Counted from the first letter of the stretch, positions 31,530-42,245 are shown. The stretch is 64,000 nucleotides of DNA from Anaeromyxobacteraceae bacterium (GCA_032654565.1 JAULAX010000009.1:128001-192000); one strand, 5' to 3'. Notes: generated from the letters alone by a model not told the origin. Numbers and translations: made by a program.

Positions 31530-31898
31530 CTACTCGTTCCAGTCGATGACGCCCTTCTTCCAGACGTAGGCGAGGCCGACGACCAGGGTGGCCACGAAGA
31601 TCAGCATCTCCACGTAGCCAGCCCAGCCCAGCTCGGTGAAGATCACCGCCCAGGGGAAGAGGAAGACCGCCTCGATGTCGAAGACGATGAACAGCAGCGC
31701 GACCACGTAGAACTTGACCCCGAAGCGGTCACGGGCCGACCCGACCGGCACCGACCCGCACTCGAACGGGGCCATCTTGGCCAGGTTGGGCCGGCGTGGG
31801 CCGAGGGTGTTGGCCAGCCCCAGGAGGAGGAAGGCCTGGCCGATCGCGACCAGCAGCACTACACCGATCGGGAAGTAGGTCTGAAGGGGTGTGGGCAT
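31530..31898 (-). CDS. nuoA: Complex I subunit A (operon L)
   Basis: PFECG, FYVVALLFIVFDIE, WKKGVIDW; start refined to MPTPLQ. Confidence 0.93.
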   Translation of the reverse strand: MPTPLQTYFPIGVVLLVAIGQAFLLLGLANTLGPRRPNLAKMAPFECGSVPVGSARDRFGVKFYVVALLFIVFDIEAVFLFPWAVIFTELGWAGYVEMLIFVATLVVGLAYVWKKGVIDWNE

Positions 31899-31969
31899 GG
31901 GATCGGGAGCTTTCGGGTGGGTCATCCAAATGCCCGCGGCGGTTGATTTCGTCAAGAGAATTCGGACGC

Positions 31970-31997
31970 TTGACAATACGGGGACGATCAGTAGACT
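31970..31997 (+). promoter_or_regulatory. sigma70-type promoter for nuo operon R
   Basis: TTGACA-N16-TAGACT in the AT-richer divergent gap. Confidence 0.55.
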
Positions 31998-32035
31998 CCG
32001 CGCGATTTTTCCCACACCTACCTGATGGGGTGCCT

Positions 32036-32470
32036 GTGATTGGCTTCGAGTTCGGCGCCGTGCTGGTCTTCGCCATCGTCGCCGTCGCTTTTGCTCTCGG
32101 CGGTATCACCGCCTCCAGGTTGGTCGGCCCCAAGATCCCCAGCGCCGAGAAGAGCTCCATCTACGAATGCGGGGAGCGCCCCATCGGGGTCGCCTGGTTC
32201 AACTTCAACCCCCGCTTCTACCTGGTGGCCCTGGTCTTCGTGATCTTCGAGGTCGACATCGCCCTCACCTTCCCGGTGGTGGCGGTCTTCCGCAAGTGGA
32301 CCGAGGCCAGCCCCATGCTGGCCTGGGTGGCCTTCTTCGAGCTGCTCCTCTTCATCGCCATCCTGGTGGTCGGCCTGGCCTGGGTCTGGGCCAAGGGGGA
32401 CCTCGAGTGGGTGAAGACGCTGAGCCCCACCACCACCACCCAGGACGCCCCGCAGCGCCGCGCCGCCTAG
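32036..32470 (+). CDS. nuoA: Complex I subunit A (operon R)
   Basis: YECGE, RFYLVALVFVIFEVD, WAKGDLEW; GTG start inferred. Confidence 0.92.
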   Translation: MIGFEFGAVLVFAIVAVAFALGGITASRLVGPKIPSAEKSSIYECGERPIGVAWFNFNPRFYLVALVFVIFEVDIALTFPVVAVFRKWTEASPMLAWVAFFELLLFIAILVVGLAWVWAKGDLEWVKTLSPTTTTQDAPQRRAA

Positions 32471-32503
32471 GCCCCCACGGCGACCGGGCAAGGGAGACAG
32501 CAG

Positions 32504-33022
32504 ATGGCAGCCAAGCAAGACTCGGGGATCGGCGGCGACGTCACCCTCTTCCACACCAGCCAGCTCGACCGGCTCATCAACATGGCCCGCGAGAGCTCGC
32601 TCTGGTACCTGCTCTTCGGCCTGGCCTGCTGCGGCATCGAGCTGATCCAGACCGGCGGCCCGCGCGCCGACATCATGCGCTTCGGCGCCATCCCCCGCGC
32701 CTCCCCCCGCCAGGCCGACTTCATGATCGTGGCCGGCACGCTCACCTACAAGATGGCCGAGCGGGCCAAGCTGCTCCACGACCAGATGTCGGAGCCCAAG
32801 TACGTCATCTCCATGGGCTCCTGCGCCAACTGCGGCGGCCTCTTCCAGTACGCCTACTCGGTCTGCAAGGGCGTCGACAAGATGTTCCACGTCGACGTCT
32901 ACGTGCCGGGCTGCCCTCCCCGCCCCGAGGCGCTGACCGAAGGGCTGATCCGGCTGCAGGAGCTGGTGCGCGGCGAGCAGTGGACCAACAAGCGGCGGGC
33001 CAGGCCCGCCGCCGCGGTGTGA
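32504..33022 (+). CDS. nuoB: Complex I subunit B (operon R)
   Basis: [22 protein letters not shown]. Confidence 0.95.
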   Translation: MAAKQDSGIGGDVTLFHTSQLDRLINMARESSLWYLLFGLACCGIELIQTGGPRADIMRFGAIPRASPRQADFMIVAGTLTYKMAERAKLLHDQMSEPKYVISMGSCANCGGLFQYAYSVCKGVDKMFHVDVYVPGCPPRPEALTEGLIRLQELVRGEQWTNKRRARPAAAV

Positions 33023-33129
33023 GGCCGGAGCGGTTTGGCAGGCGAGAACGACGCGGTCGCTGAGGCCGCGGGACGGGGCGAGGGTTCGCGCAGCGCGAGC
33101 CGCTCGCCCCTGTCGCAAGAGGGAGCGGA

Positions 33130-33789
33130 ATGACGACCAGCGAGATCCACGAAAGGCTCACGGCGCGCTTCGGCGAGGACGTCGGGGCTCCCTCCCAGAC
33201 CAAGGGTGACCCGTGGCTGCCCGTGAAGGCGGCCCGGCTCGTCGAGGTCTGCGCCTTCCTCAAGGGGACCGACGGCCTGGAGTTCGACTTCTGCGAGGAC
33301 CTCACCGCCGTCGACTGGCCCAAGCGCGAGGTCATCGAGGTGGTGATCCACCTCTACTCCATGAAGCGGAAGCACGCCCTCAAGCTCAAGGTGGACGCCG
33401 CCCGCGCCGCCCCGGTGGTGCCGTCGCTGACCGGGGTCTGGAAGGGGACCGACTGGTTCGAGCGCGAGGTCTACGACCTCTTCGGCGTCTCCTTCACCGG
33501 CCACCCCGACCTGCGCCGCATCATGCTGCCCGACGACTGGGTCGGCCACCCGCTCCGCAAGGACTACCAGGAGGCCGGCGGCTGGCACGGCATCGGGAAC
33601 GAGCGCGAGAACCCGCTGGTGGAGCTGAAGCGTCTCGACGACGTGGCCCGCGCCGCGCTCCCCAAGCCGCCGCCCCCGCCCGCCCCGCCCGCCCCGCCCG
33701 CCCCGCCCGCCCCGCCCGCCCCGCCCGCCGCCCCCGCCGCCCCCGCGGCGCCCGCGGCGCCGGCCGCTCCCACCGCTCCCAAGGCCTGA
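33130..33789 (+). CDS. nuoC: Complex I subunit C (operon R) with Pro/Ala tail
   Basis: WFEREVYDLFG..GHPDLRRI..GHPLRKDY; (PPA)n tail at 33667-33780. Confidence 0.95.
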   Translation: MTTSEIHERLTARFGEDVGAPSQTKGDPWLPVKAARLVEVCAFLKGTDGLEFDFCEDLTAVDWPKREVIEVVIHLYSMKRKHALKLKVDAARAAPVVPSLTGVWKGTDWFEREVYDLFGVSFTGHPDLRRIMLPDDWVGHPLRKDYQEAGGWHGIGNERENPLVELKRLDDVARAALPKPPPPPAPPAPPAPPAPPAPPAAPAAPAAPAAPAAPTAPKA

Positions 33790-33801
33790 CCGGAGGACCT
33801 C

Positions 33802-34953
33802 ATGGAAAAGCTCATCCTCCGCCGCGTGGACCAGAACAACGAGGAGATGATCCTCAACTTCGGTCCCCAGCACCCCTCCACCCACGGCGTCATCAACTTC
33901 ATCGTCCAGACCGACGGCGAGGTGCTGCGCAAGGCCATCCCCGACGTCGGCTACCTGCACCGCTCCATCGAGAAGATCGGCGAGAGCACCGGCTACCACG
34001 GCTTCATGCCGTACACCGACCGCATCGACTACGTGGCCGCCATGTTCCCCAACGAGGGGTACGCCATGGCGGTGGAGCGGCTCTGCGGCATCCAGGTGCC
34101 GAAGCGGGCCCTCTACCTGCGCGCCATCTCCACCGAGCTCTGCCGCATCGCCAGCCACCTGGTCTCGATCGGCACCATGACCATGGACATCGGCGCCTTC
34201 ACCCCGATGATCCACGGCATCCGCGAGCGCGAGTCGATCAACGACCTGATCGAGATGCTCTGCGGGGCCCGGCTCACCTACAACTACCACCGCATCGGCG
34301 GCGTGGCCTTCGACATGCCCGAGGGCTGGCGCGACAAGACGCTGGCCTTCCTCGACCACTTCGACAGGTTCCTCGTCGAGTTCGACCGGCTCATCTCCTT
34401 CAACGAGATCTACATCCGGCGGCTGGCCAACGTGGCGGTCATCCCCGGCCCCATGGCCATCGACTACGGCCTCTCCGGCCCCAACCTGCGCGGCTCCGGG
34501 GTCGACTTCGACGTCCGCAAGGCCCTCCCCTACGGCGTCTACCCGGAGTTCGAGTTCGACGTGCCGGTCGGGAAGGGCATGTTCGGGCAGGTGGGCGACT
34601 GCTACGACCGCTACATCTGCCGCACCCGCGAGATGGGCGAGTCGAGCAAGATCGTCCGCCAGGCCATGGACCTGATCCTGCAGGCCCCCGAGGGCGACAT
34701 CGTCGCCCCCAAGGTCTCGCGCAACCTCAAGGTGGAGGCCGGCGAGGCCCTCTCCCGCGTCGAGTCGGCGCGCGGCGAGATGGCCTTCTACCTGGTGGCC
34801 GACGGCACCAACAAGGCCTGGCGGGTCCGCACCCGGACCGGCTCCTTCACCGCCATGGGGATCATCGAGGCCATCAGCCCCGGCCTGATGGTGGCCGACC
34901 TGGTGGCCCTCATCGCCTCCCTGGACGTCGTCGCCCCGGAGATCGACCGCTAA
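33802..34953 (+). CDS. nuoD: Complex I subunit D (operon R)
   Basis: [36 protein letters not shown]. Confidence 0.95.
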   Translation: MEKLILRRVDQNNEEMILNFGPQHPSTHGVINFIVQTDGEVLRKAIPDVGYLHRSIEKIGESTGYHGFMPYTDRIDYVAAMFPNEGYAMAVERLCGIQVPKRALYLRAISTELCRIASHLVSIGTMTMDIGAFTPMIHGIRERESINDLIEMLCGARLTYNYHRIGGVAFDMPEGWRDKTLAFLDHFDRFLVEFDRLISFNEIYIRRLANVAVIPGPMAIDYGLSGPNLRGSGVDFDVRKALPYGVYPEFEFDVPVGKGMFGQVGDCYDRYICRTREMGESSKIVRQAMDLILQAPEGDIVAPKVSRNLKVEAGEALSRVESARGEMAFYLVADGTNKAWRVRTRTGSFTAMGIIEAISPGLMVADLVALIASLDVVAPEIDR

Positions 34954-36323
34954 TGCTCGAGCACACCCAGCGCCCGCTGCTCTCCCCCCGCGGCGTCGTC
35001 CTCGCCACCCTGATCGTCGCCACGGCGCTGCCCGGCGCCCTCTTCGGCGGCATCCTGGCGCTGACCGCCGCCACCAAGCCCCTCATGGTGGCCGCCCTGA
35101 TCCGCCGGTTCGTCGGCGTCGACCCGGCCACCTGGCCCTACACCACCCTGGTCTCCTGGGGCTCGGTGGCGGTGCTGGCGCTGATCCTGCTCACCTTCGG
35201 CGCCGTCATCTCCGGCATGACCGTCTGGTGGGAGATGCGGGTCAGCTCCCGCATGCAGAGCCGCATCGGCTACAACCGGGCCGGCGCCGGCGGCTTCCTC
35301 CAGTGGATCGCCGACGCCGTCAAGCTGCTCTTCAAGGAGGACCTGATCCCGGCCGAGGCCGACGGGATGATCTTCCGCGTCGCCCCGTACTTCGTCATGA
35401 CCGGCTTCGCGCTCACCTTCGTGGCGCTCCCCTTCGGCGAGAGCCTGATCGCCGCCGACCTCAACGTCGGCATCTTCTACCTGATCGCCGTCACCGCCCT
35501 GGTGGTGGTGGGCATCCTGCTGGCCGGCTGGTCGTCCAACTCCAAGTGGGCGCTCTTCGGCGGCATGCGGTCGGCCGCCCAGGTGGTGAGCTACGAGATC
35601 CCGGCCGGCCTGGCCATCATGGTGCCCATCCTCATGGCCGGGACCCTCTCCATGCAGGGGATCATCCGGGCCCAGGGGGCCTGGCCGTGGCAGTGGTTCG
35701 TCTTCACCAACCCCGCCGCCACCGTGGCCTTCGTCATCTTCTTCATCGCCCAGCTGGCCGAGGGCAACCGCACCCCGTTCGACCTCCCCGAGGCCGAGTC
35801 GGAGCTGGTGGCCGGCTACCTCTCCGAGTACTCGGGCTTCCGCTTCGCCCTCTACTTCCTCGTCGAGTTCGGCAACCTCTGGGTGATGGCGGCCGTCACC
35901 TCCACGCTCTTCCTGGGCGGCTGGCAGATCCCCGGGGTGGGCCCGGAGACCTTCGCCGCCGCCCGCGGGGCCGGCGACCTGCCCGGCGCCGCCTGGTGGG
36001 GGCTGCAGGTGCTCTCCATGGTGGTGATGGTGGTGAAGACCCTGGTGGTCCTCAACCTCATCGTCTGGATCCGCTGGACGCTGCCCCGCATCCGCATCGA
36101 CCAGATGATGAACCTCTGCTGGAAGTACCTGGTCCCGTTCGCCTTCGTCACCTTCGTCTTCACCCTGCTCTGGCAGGTGCTGGTGGCGCGGGCGCCGGTC
36201 CTCTCCACCGTCACCGGGGTGGTCCTCTTCGGCGCCTTCGTGGTGGCGACCTTCTTCTTCGTCAGGCTGACCAAGGCCAACATCGTCGCCGCCGGCGACC
36301 GCGTCGACATGAGCAACTGGTAA
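34953..36323 (+). CDS. nuoH: Complex I subunit H (operon R)
   Basis: TAATG coupling to nuoD; ADAVKLLFKE, VSYEIP, AEGNRTPFDLPEAESE, PRIRIDQ. Confidence 0.94.
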   Translation: MLEHTQRPLLSPRGVVLATLIVATALPGALFGGILALTAATKPLMVAALIRRFVGVDPATWPYTTLVSWGSVAVLALILLTFGAVISGMTVWWEMRVSSRMQSRIGYNRAGAGGFLQWIADAVKLLFKEDLIPAEADGMIFRVAPYFVMTGFALTFVALPFGESLIAADLNVGIFYLIAVTALVVVGILLAGWSSNSKWALFGGMRSAAQVVSYEIPAGLAIMVPILMAGTLSMQGIIRAQGAWPWQWFVFTNPAATVAFVIFFIAQLAEGNRTPFDLPEAESELVAGYLSEYSGFRFALYFLVEFGNLWVMAAVTSTLFLGGWQIPGVGPETFAAARGAGDLPGAAWWGLQVLSMVVMVVKTLVVLNLIVWIRWTLPRIRIDQMMNLCWKYLVPFAFVTFVFTLLWQVLVARAPVLSTVTGVVLFGAFVVATFFFVRLTKANIVAAGDRVDMSNW

Positions 36324-36337
36324 CCGGAGCCGCTTCG

Positions 36338-36994
36338 ATGACCCTGAACGAATACGCGGGAAGCATGCAGAAGACGGTGTCGTCCTTCTGGCACGGCCTC
36401 TCCATCACCATGTCGCACCTCTTCCGCCGCCCCTCGACGGTCCAGTACCCGGACCGCACGCCGCTGCCGGTGCGGGACATGCTGCCGCCCCGCTACCGCG
36501 GCTTCCTCGAGGTGGACGCCGCCATCTGCACCGGCTGCCAGGCCTGCGAGCGGGCCTGCCCCATCGCCTGCATGCAGATCACGCTGGAGAAGGACCCCGC
36601 CAACCCCAAGCAGCGGCTGGTGACCCAGTTCGACATCGACGAGGCCAAGTGCATGTACTGCGGCCTCTGCGTCGAGCCCTGCCCCACCGGGGCCATCCAG
36701 CACACCACCGAGTTCGAGGCCTCGATGCGGAACATCCGCAACCTGGTCTTCCGCTGGGCCGATCCGCTCAAGCCCTTCCCCGTCTACAAGGTGGAGAAGG
36801 GGGCGGAGTTCTTCCCGCGGGCGCCGCTCGGCTCGCTGGTGCGCGCCAAGCTCGACGCCATCCACTGGGACGAGGCGGCGGTCACCTACCTGCCGCCGGA
36901 GCCGCCGGCTCTCCCCGCCGCCGCCGTCGCGCCCGCCGCCGCCCCGGCCGCGGCCGCGCCCCCGGCCCCCCCCTCCAACCCCGAGTCGAAGTAG
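36338..36994 (+). CDS. nuoI: Complex I subunit I (operon R)
   Basis: TVQYP, CTGCQACERACP, CMYCGLCVEPCP. Confidence 0.94.
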   Translation: MTLNEYAGSMQKTVSSFWHGLSITMSHLFRRPSTVQYPDRTPLPVRDMLPPRYRGFLEVDAAICTGCQACERACPIACMQITLEKDPANPKQRLVTQFDIDEAKCMYCGLCVEPCPTGAIQHTTEFEASMRNIRNLVFRWADPLKPFPVYKVEKGAEFFPRAPLGSLVRAKLDAIHWDEAAVTYLPPEPPALPAAAVAPAAAPAAAAPPAPPSNPESK

Positions 36995-37003
36995 GAGCCC
37001 CCG

Positions 37004-37639
37004 ATGACGCAGAGCACGGGCAAGATCATCGGCTGGATCCTCGGCACCGCGCTGGCCATCGGCTTCGTGGTGGTGATGGGCCAGCTGGCCATCGTCCCCG
37101 CCATGAAGGCCATGCCCCCGGGGGAGGCCAGCGCCACCGGCCTCGTCGACGTCCTCTTCTACGTCATCGCCGGCCTGACCATCGCCGGCGCCGCCGGGGT
37201 GGCCCTCTCCCACAACATCCTCTACAGCGCCATCGGCCTGCTGGGGGCGCTGCTGGGGGCCGGGGCGCTCTACGTCTTCCTGGCCGCCGACTTCCTCGCC
37301 GTGGCCCAGCTGCTCATCTACATCGGCGGCGTGCTGGTGCTGGTGCTCTTCGCGGTGATGCTGACCAACCGCATCAGCGAGATCACCGTCTCCAACGCCA
37401 GCCTCGGGCTCTGGGGCGGGGCCATGCTCTTCATCGCCGTGGCCCCGGTGCTGCTGGCGGTGGCCCTGGTGACCCCCTGGGAGACCATCACCCCGGCGGC
37501 GGCCGCCTACACCACCGAGACCATCGGCGACAGCCTGCTGACCCGGTGGCTGCTGCCCTTCGAGGTCGCCTCCATGGTGCTGCTGGCCAGCCTGGTCGGG
37601 GCCATCGTCATCGCCCGCAAGGAGATCAAGGCCGACTGA
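37004..37639 (+). CDS. nuoJ: Complex I subunit J
   Basis: AVAQLLIYIGGVLVLVLFAVML, LPFEVASMVLL. Confidence 0.94.
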   Translation: MTQSTGKIIGWILGTALAIGFVVVMGQLAIVPAMKAMPPGEASATGLVDVLFYVIAGLTIAGAAGVALSHNILYSAIGLLGALLGAGALYVFLAADFLAVAQLLIYIGGVLVLVLFAVMLTNRISEITVSNASLGLWGGAMLFIAVAPVLLAVALVTPWETITPAAAAYTTETIGDSLLTRWLLPFEVASMVLLASLVGAIVIARKEIKAD

Positions 37640-37691
37640 CCCTTCGGGCCGGTCCCCACCTTTCGGCCGCGCTGCGGCCACGGAGCCAACC

Positions 37692-38000
37692 ATGCAGATC
37701 TCCCTCCCCCACTTCCTCATCGTCGGCGCGCTGCTCTTCTGCTTCGGCCTGGTCACCGTCACCACCCGGCGCAACGCCGTCGGCGTGCTGATGGGCGTCG
37801 AGCTGATCCTCAACGGCGCCAACATCAACTTCGCCGCCTTCAACCACTACGTGGTCGGGGGCGTCTCCGGCCAGGTCTTCGCCCTCTTCGTCATCGTGCT
37901 GGCCGCCGCCGAGGCCGCCGTCGGCCTGGCCATCGTGCTGGCCGTCTTCCAGACCTTCAAGACCATCGACGTCCGCTACGCGGACCTGATGCGGGAGTGA
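37692..38000 (+). CDS. nuoK: Complex I subunit K
   Basis: RRN..LMGVELILN, AAAEAAVGLAI. Confidence 0.96.
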   Translation: MQISLPHFLIVGALLFCFGLVTVTTRRNAVGVLMGVELILNGANINFAAFNHYVVGGVSGQVFALFVIVLAAAEAAVGLAIVLAVFQTFKTIDVRYADLMRE

Positions 38001-38001
38001 C

Positions 38002-40551
38002 ATGGGACACGAATCCACCCAACTGGTGCCGGTCGTGGTGACGCACGCCACCTGGCTGTGGCTCATCCCGCTCTTCCCGCTGGTCGGCGCCACCCTCAAC
38101 GCCCTCTTCGGCTGGAAGCTGCAGGGGATCTTCGGCGAGCCGAAGTCGATGAAGGGCGGCCGGGGCAAGCAGCTGGTCCACTTCATCGCCGTGGGCGCCA
38201 TGATGGCGTCCTTCGCGGTGGCGGCCTGGTCCTTCGTCCAGCTCAAGGGGCTGCCGGCCGAGGAGCGCTTCCTCCAGCAGACCCTCTGGAACATGTTCAC
38301 CGCCGGCCGGCTCTCGGTCGACCTGGCCTTCTCGCTCGACCAGCTCTCCATGCTGATGGTGCTGGTGATCACCGGCATCGGCACCCTGATCCACATCTTC
38401 TCCATCGGCTACATGGCGGAGGAGCCGGCCTACTGGCGCTTCTTCTGCTACCTGAACCTCTTCGTCTTCGCCATGTTGCTGCTGGTGATGGGCGACAACT
38501 TCGCGGTGATGTTCTTCGGCTGGGAGGGCGTCGGCCTGGCCTCCTACCTGCTCATCGCCTTCTGGTACACCGACCCGGAGAAGGCCGCCGCCGGCATGAA
38601 GGCCTTCGTCGTCAACCGCTTCGGCGACTTCGGCTTCATCATCGGCCTGATGCTGCTCTTCTGGGGGCTGGGCGGCGCCTGGCAGGCGCGCCCCGGGGTG
38701 CTGCGCAACCTCGACTACGTCCCCAGCGTGGAGATGAACAGCAACGCCGGCGCCTCCACCGCCGCCGAGTCCGAGGCCCTGGCGCCCCGGGTCCACGGGG
38801 TCAAGGTCGGCCCCACCATGAACTTCCGCGAGCTCCGCGACCAGGTGGTCATCGAGGCCACCGGCGTCAAGGAGCACCTGGCCGGCACCACCGTCTGGGG
38901 CGTCTCGCTGCTGACGCTGATCGGCATGCTGCTGTTCGTGGGCGCCATGGGCAAGTCGGCCCAGATCCCGCTCTTCGTCTGGCTCCCCGACGCCATGGCC
39001 GGCCCCACCCCGGTCTCCGCCCTGATCCACGCCGCCACCATGGTCACCGCCGGCGTCTACATGGTGGCCCGGCTCAACTTCCTCTTCGTGATGTCGCCGA
39101 GCGCCATGGGCTGGGTGGCCCTGATCGGCGCGCTCACCGCCATCTTCGCCGCCACCATCGGGTTCTTCCAGTACGACATCAAGAAGGTGCTGGCCTACTC
39201 GACGGTGTCGCAGCTGGGCTTCATGTTCATCGGCGTCGGCACCGGCGCCTACTGGGCCGGCATCTACCACCTGATGACCCACGCCTTCTTCAAGGCCACC
39301 CTCTTCCTCGGGTCGGGCTCGGTGATCCTCGGCTGCCACCACGAGCAGGACATGCGGAAGATGGGCGGGCTGAAGAAGCACATGCCCATCACCCGGTGGA
39401 CCTACCTGATCGCCACCATCGCCATCGCCGGCTTCCCCATCGCCAACGGCTTCTACTCGAAGGACGAGATCCTCTGGAAGGCCTTCACCAGCCGCCACCT
39501 GGCGCTCTTCGGGTACCCGACGCCCTGGCTGGGGCCGGCCATCTACGTCCTCGGCCTGATCGCGGCCACCGGCACCTCCTTCTACATGTACCGGTCGTAC
39601 TACATGACCTTCACCGGCGAGTACCGCGGCGGCGACGGCCACCACGGTGACGCTCACGCCGCTCACGCGGCGACTGCGCACGCCGACGCCCACGGGGCGC
39701 ACGCCGCCCCGGCGGCGGCCGCGGCCCACGCCGTCCACGCCGCCCCGGCCGACCACGGCCATGGCGGCCACGCGGCCCACCCCGCCCCGGCGGCGCACGG
39801 CCACGACGCCCACGGCCACGGCGCGCACGCCGCGCCCGCGGCGGCCACCGCCGCCCCGGCCGACGATCACGGCGGCGGCCACCACGGCGGCACGCCGCAC
39901 GAGTCGCCCTGGCAGATCACCCTGGTGCTGGCGATCCTCGCGGCCGGCTCGGTGCTCACCCTCTTCCTCGGCATCCCCATCCTCTGGCAGCACACCTTCG
40001 CCCACGCCAACACCCCGCCGCTCATCGAGCACTGGCTGGAGCCGGTGCTGCTGGCCAAGGTGGCCTTCGGGCACGGCACCGTGGCCATGGAGTGGGTCTT
40101 CCAGGGGCTGGGCGTGCTGGCCGCCACCGTCGGCTTCGTGGCCGCCCGCGCCGTCTACAAGGACAACAAGAACGAGGCGGCCCTGCTGGCCATGATCGGC
40201 CGCTGGAAGGGCGTCTGGACCGTCGTCTACAACAAGTACTACGTGGACGAGCTCTACGAGCGGATCGTGCTGCGCCCCGCCGCCGCCGTGGCCCGCAGCT
40301 TCTCCTGGTTCGACGGCAAGATCCTCGACGGCCTGGTGCACGCCGTGGCCGGCGTCACCAAGGTCTTCGCCAACTTCGACGGCGCCATCGACAAGTACGT
40401 GGTCGACGGCGCGGTCAACGGCGTCGCCAGCGTCATCTCGTGGGGCGGCGGCTCGCTGCGCCTGCTCCAGACCGGCCGCATCCAGACCTACCTCTACGGC
40501 GCCCTCGGCGGCGCCCTGGTGGTGGTCCTCGTCAACTTCCTGATCAGCTAG
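38002..40551 (+). CDS. nuoL: Complex I subunit L with His-rich insertion
   Basis: GWEGVG, GKSAQIPLFVWLPDAMAGPTPVSALIHAATMV, KKVLAYST. Confidence 0.97.
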   Translation: MGHESTQLVPVVVTHATWLWLIPLFPLVGATLNALFGWKLQGIFGEPKSMKGGRGKQLVHFIAVGAMMASFAVAAWSFVQLKGLPAEERFLQQTLWNMFTAGRLSVDLAFSLDQLSMLMVLVITGIGTLIHIFSIGYMAEEPAYWRFFCYLNLFVFAMLLLVMGDNFAVMFFGWEGVGLASYLLIAFWYTDPEKAAAGMKAFVVNRFGDFGFIIGLMLLFWGLGGAWQARPGVLRNLDYVPSVEMNSNAGASTAAESEALAPRVHGVKVGPTMNFRELRDQVVIEATGVKEHLAGTTVWGVSLLTLIGMLLFVGAMGKSAQIPLFVWLPDAMAGPTPVSALIHAATMVTAGVYMVARLNFLFVMSPSAMGWVALIGALTAIFAATIGFFQYDIKKVLAYSTVSQLGFMFIGVGTGAYWAGIYHLMTHAFFKATLFLGSGSVILGCHHEQDMRKMGGLKKHMPITRWTYLIATIAIAGFPIANGFYSKDEILWKAFTSRHLALFGYPTPWLGPAIYVLGLIAATGTSFYMYRSYYMTFTGEYRGGDGHHGDAHAAHAATAHADAHGAHAAPAAAAAHAVHAAPADHGHGGHAAHPAPAAHGHDAHGHGAHAAPAAATAAPADDHGGGHHGGTPHESPWQITLVLAILAAGSVLTLFLGIPILWQHTFAHANTPPLIEHWLEPVLLAKVAFGHGTVAMEWVFQGLGVLAATVGFVAARAVYKDNKNEAALLAMIGRWKGVWTVVYNKYYVDELYERIVLRPAAAVARSFSWFDGKILDGLVHAVAGVTKVFANFDGAIDKYVVDGAVNGVASVISWGGGSLRLLQTGRIQTYLYGALGGALVVVLVNFLIS

Positions 40552-40570
40552 CGCTCAAGGAGCCCGCCTC

Positions 40571-42226
40571 ATGTACCTCTTCACAGACGGTAACGTCCTC
40601 AGCCTGGCCACCTTCTTCCCGCTCGCCGGCGCCGCGGTCATCGTGCTGCTGATGATCGCCCGCGCCATGCTCGGCCTCGGCAAGGGGCTGGTCGACCAGG
40701 CCAGCCGCTGGATCGCGCTGGTCACCAGCGGCCTGTCGATGGCGGCGGCCATCGCCGCCTGGTCCCTGTACGACCCCAAGCTGGGCGGCGTGCAGCTGGT
40801 GGCCAAGGCGGTCTGGATCCGGGACTTCAACGTCGAGTACTTCGTCGGCGCCGACGGCATCTCCATCTCGATGATCCTGCTCTCCGGGCTCATCTCCTTC
40901 ATCGCCACCATCGCCTCCATGCCCTGGTGGGGCAGCCACCAGGCCAACGAGATGGCCGGGATGCACGACGACGGCCACGAGGACCCGCACCACCCCAAGC
41001 ACTTCTCGGTGCGCATGGTCCCCGGCTACATGGCCATGCTGCTGCTGCTGCAGACCGGCATGATGGGCACCTTCGCCTCCCTCGACATGTTCCTCTTCTA
41101 CGTGTTCTGGGAGGTCATGCTGCTGCCGATGTACTTCCTCATCGGCGTCTGGGGCGGCCCGCGCAAGGAGTACGCGGCCATCAAGTTCTTCCTCTACACC
41201 CTGGCCGGCTCGGTGCTGATGCTGCTGGCCATCATCGCCCTCTACTACACCAGCCAGCCGGCCCTGCTCGCCGACGGCACCATGTCGAACCTCCACACCT
41301 TCAACATCCTGGAGATGGCCAAGCAGGCCCAGGCCGGGGTCTTCGCCGCCGCCGCCCCCATCCTCGGCTTCGGCTTCACCAAGATCGTCTTCATCGGGCT
41401 CTTCATCGGCTTCGCCATCAAGATCCCCATGTTCCCGTTCCACACCTGGCTGCCCGACGCCCACGTCGAGGCCCCCACGCCCATCTCGGTGATCCTGGCC
41501 GGCGTGCTGCTGAAGATGGGCATCTACGGCATCCTCCGCTTCAACTACGCCATCCTCCCCGACGCCACCGCCTGGGCGGCCAACGCCATGGCGGTGTTCG
41601 GGGTCATCAACATCGTCTACGCCGCCTTCGTCTGCCTGGCGCAGAAGGACCTGAAGAAGCTGATCGCCTACTCCTCGGTCTCGCACATGGGCTTCTCGCT
41701 GCTGGGGATGGCCGCCATGACGCCGCAGGGGATCTCCGGGGCGGTGCTCAACCTCTTCACCCACGGCATCATCAGCCCCATGCTCTTCCTCATCGTGGGC
41801 GTGATCTACGACCGCGCCCACCACCGCGAGATCGAGAAGTTCGGCGGCCTGGCCACCGTGCTCCCCGAGTACACCGCCATCATGGGGCTGGCCTTCTTCG
41901 CCTCGCTCGGCCTCCCCGGCCTGGCCGGCTTCGTCTCCGAGTTCATGGTCTTCTCCGGCGCCTTCCCGGTCTTCACCACCTACACCATCATCTCCGCCAC
42001 CTCGGTGATCATCACCGCCGCCTACTACCTGTGGGCCATCCACCGCATGTTCCTCGGCAAGCTCAACCAGGCCTACGTCGGCTACCCGGACCTGGTCTGG
42101 CGGGAGCGGCTCACCCTCTACCCGCTGGCCGCCTTCTGCATCGTGCTGGGCTTCTACCCCCAGATGATCCTCTCGATGATCAACGGCTCGCTGCACGAGC
42201 TGATCCGGAACATCCGCCCGCTGTAG
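40571..42226 (+). CDS. nuoM: Complex I subunit M
   Basis: FYVFWE, KIPMFPFHTWLPDAHVEAP, AYSSVSHMG. Confidence 0.97.
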   Translation: MYLFTDGNVLSLATFFPLAGAAVIVLLMIARAMLGLGKGLVDQASRWIALVTSGLSMAAAIAAWSLYDPKLGGVQLVAKAVWIRDFNVEYFVGADGISISMILLSGLISFIATIASMPWWGSHQANEMAGMHDDGHEDPHHPKHFSVRMVPGYMAMLLLLQTGMMGTFASLDMFLFYVFWEVMLLPMYFLIGVWGGPRKEYAAIKFFLYTLAGSVLMLLAIIALYYTSQPALLADGTMSNLHTFNILEMAKQAQAGVFAAAAPILGFGFTKIVFIGLFIGFAIKIPMFPFHTWLPDAHVEAPTPISVILAGVLLKMGIYGILRFNYAILPDATAWAANAMAVFGVINIVYAAFVCLAQKDLKKLIAYSSVSHMGFSLLGMAAMTPQGISGAVLNLFTHGIISPMLFLIVGVIYDRAHHREIEKFGGLATVLPEYTAIMGLAFFASLGLPGLAGFVSEFMVFSGAFPVFTTYTIISATSVIITAAYYLWAIHRMFLGKLNQAYVGYPDLVWRERLTLYPLAAFCIVLGFYPQMILSMINGSLHELIRNIRPL

Positions 42227-42245
42227 CGGCGACAAGGGAGCCGAC

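Noticed and set aside
29118..34953. Group 4 NiFe hydrogenase large subunits
   Set aside because: Both NuoD copies lack the N- and C-terminal CxxC nickel ligands.
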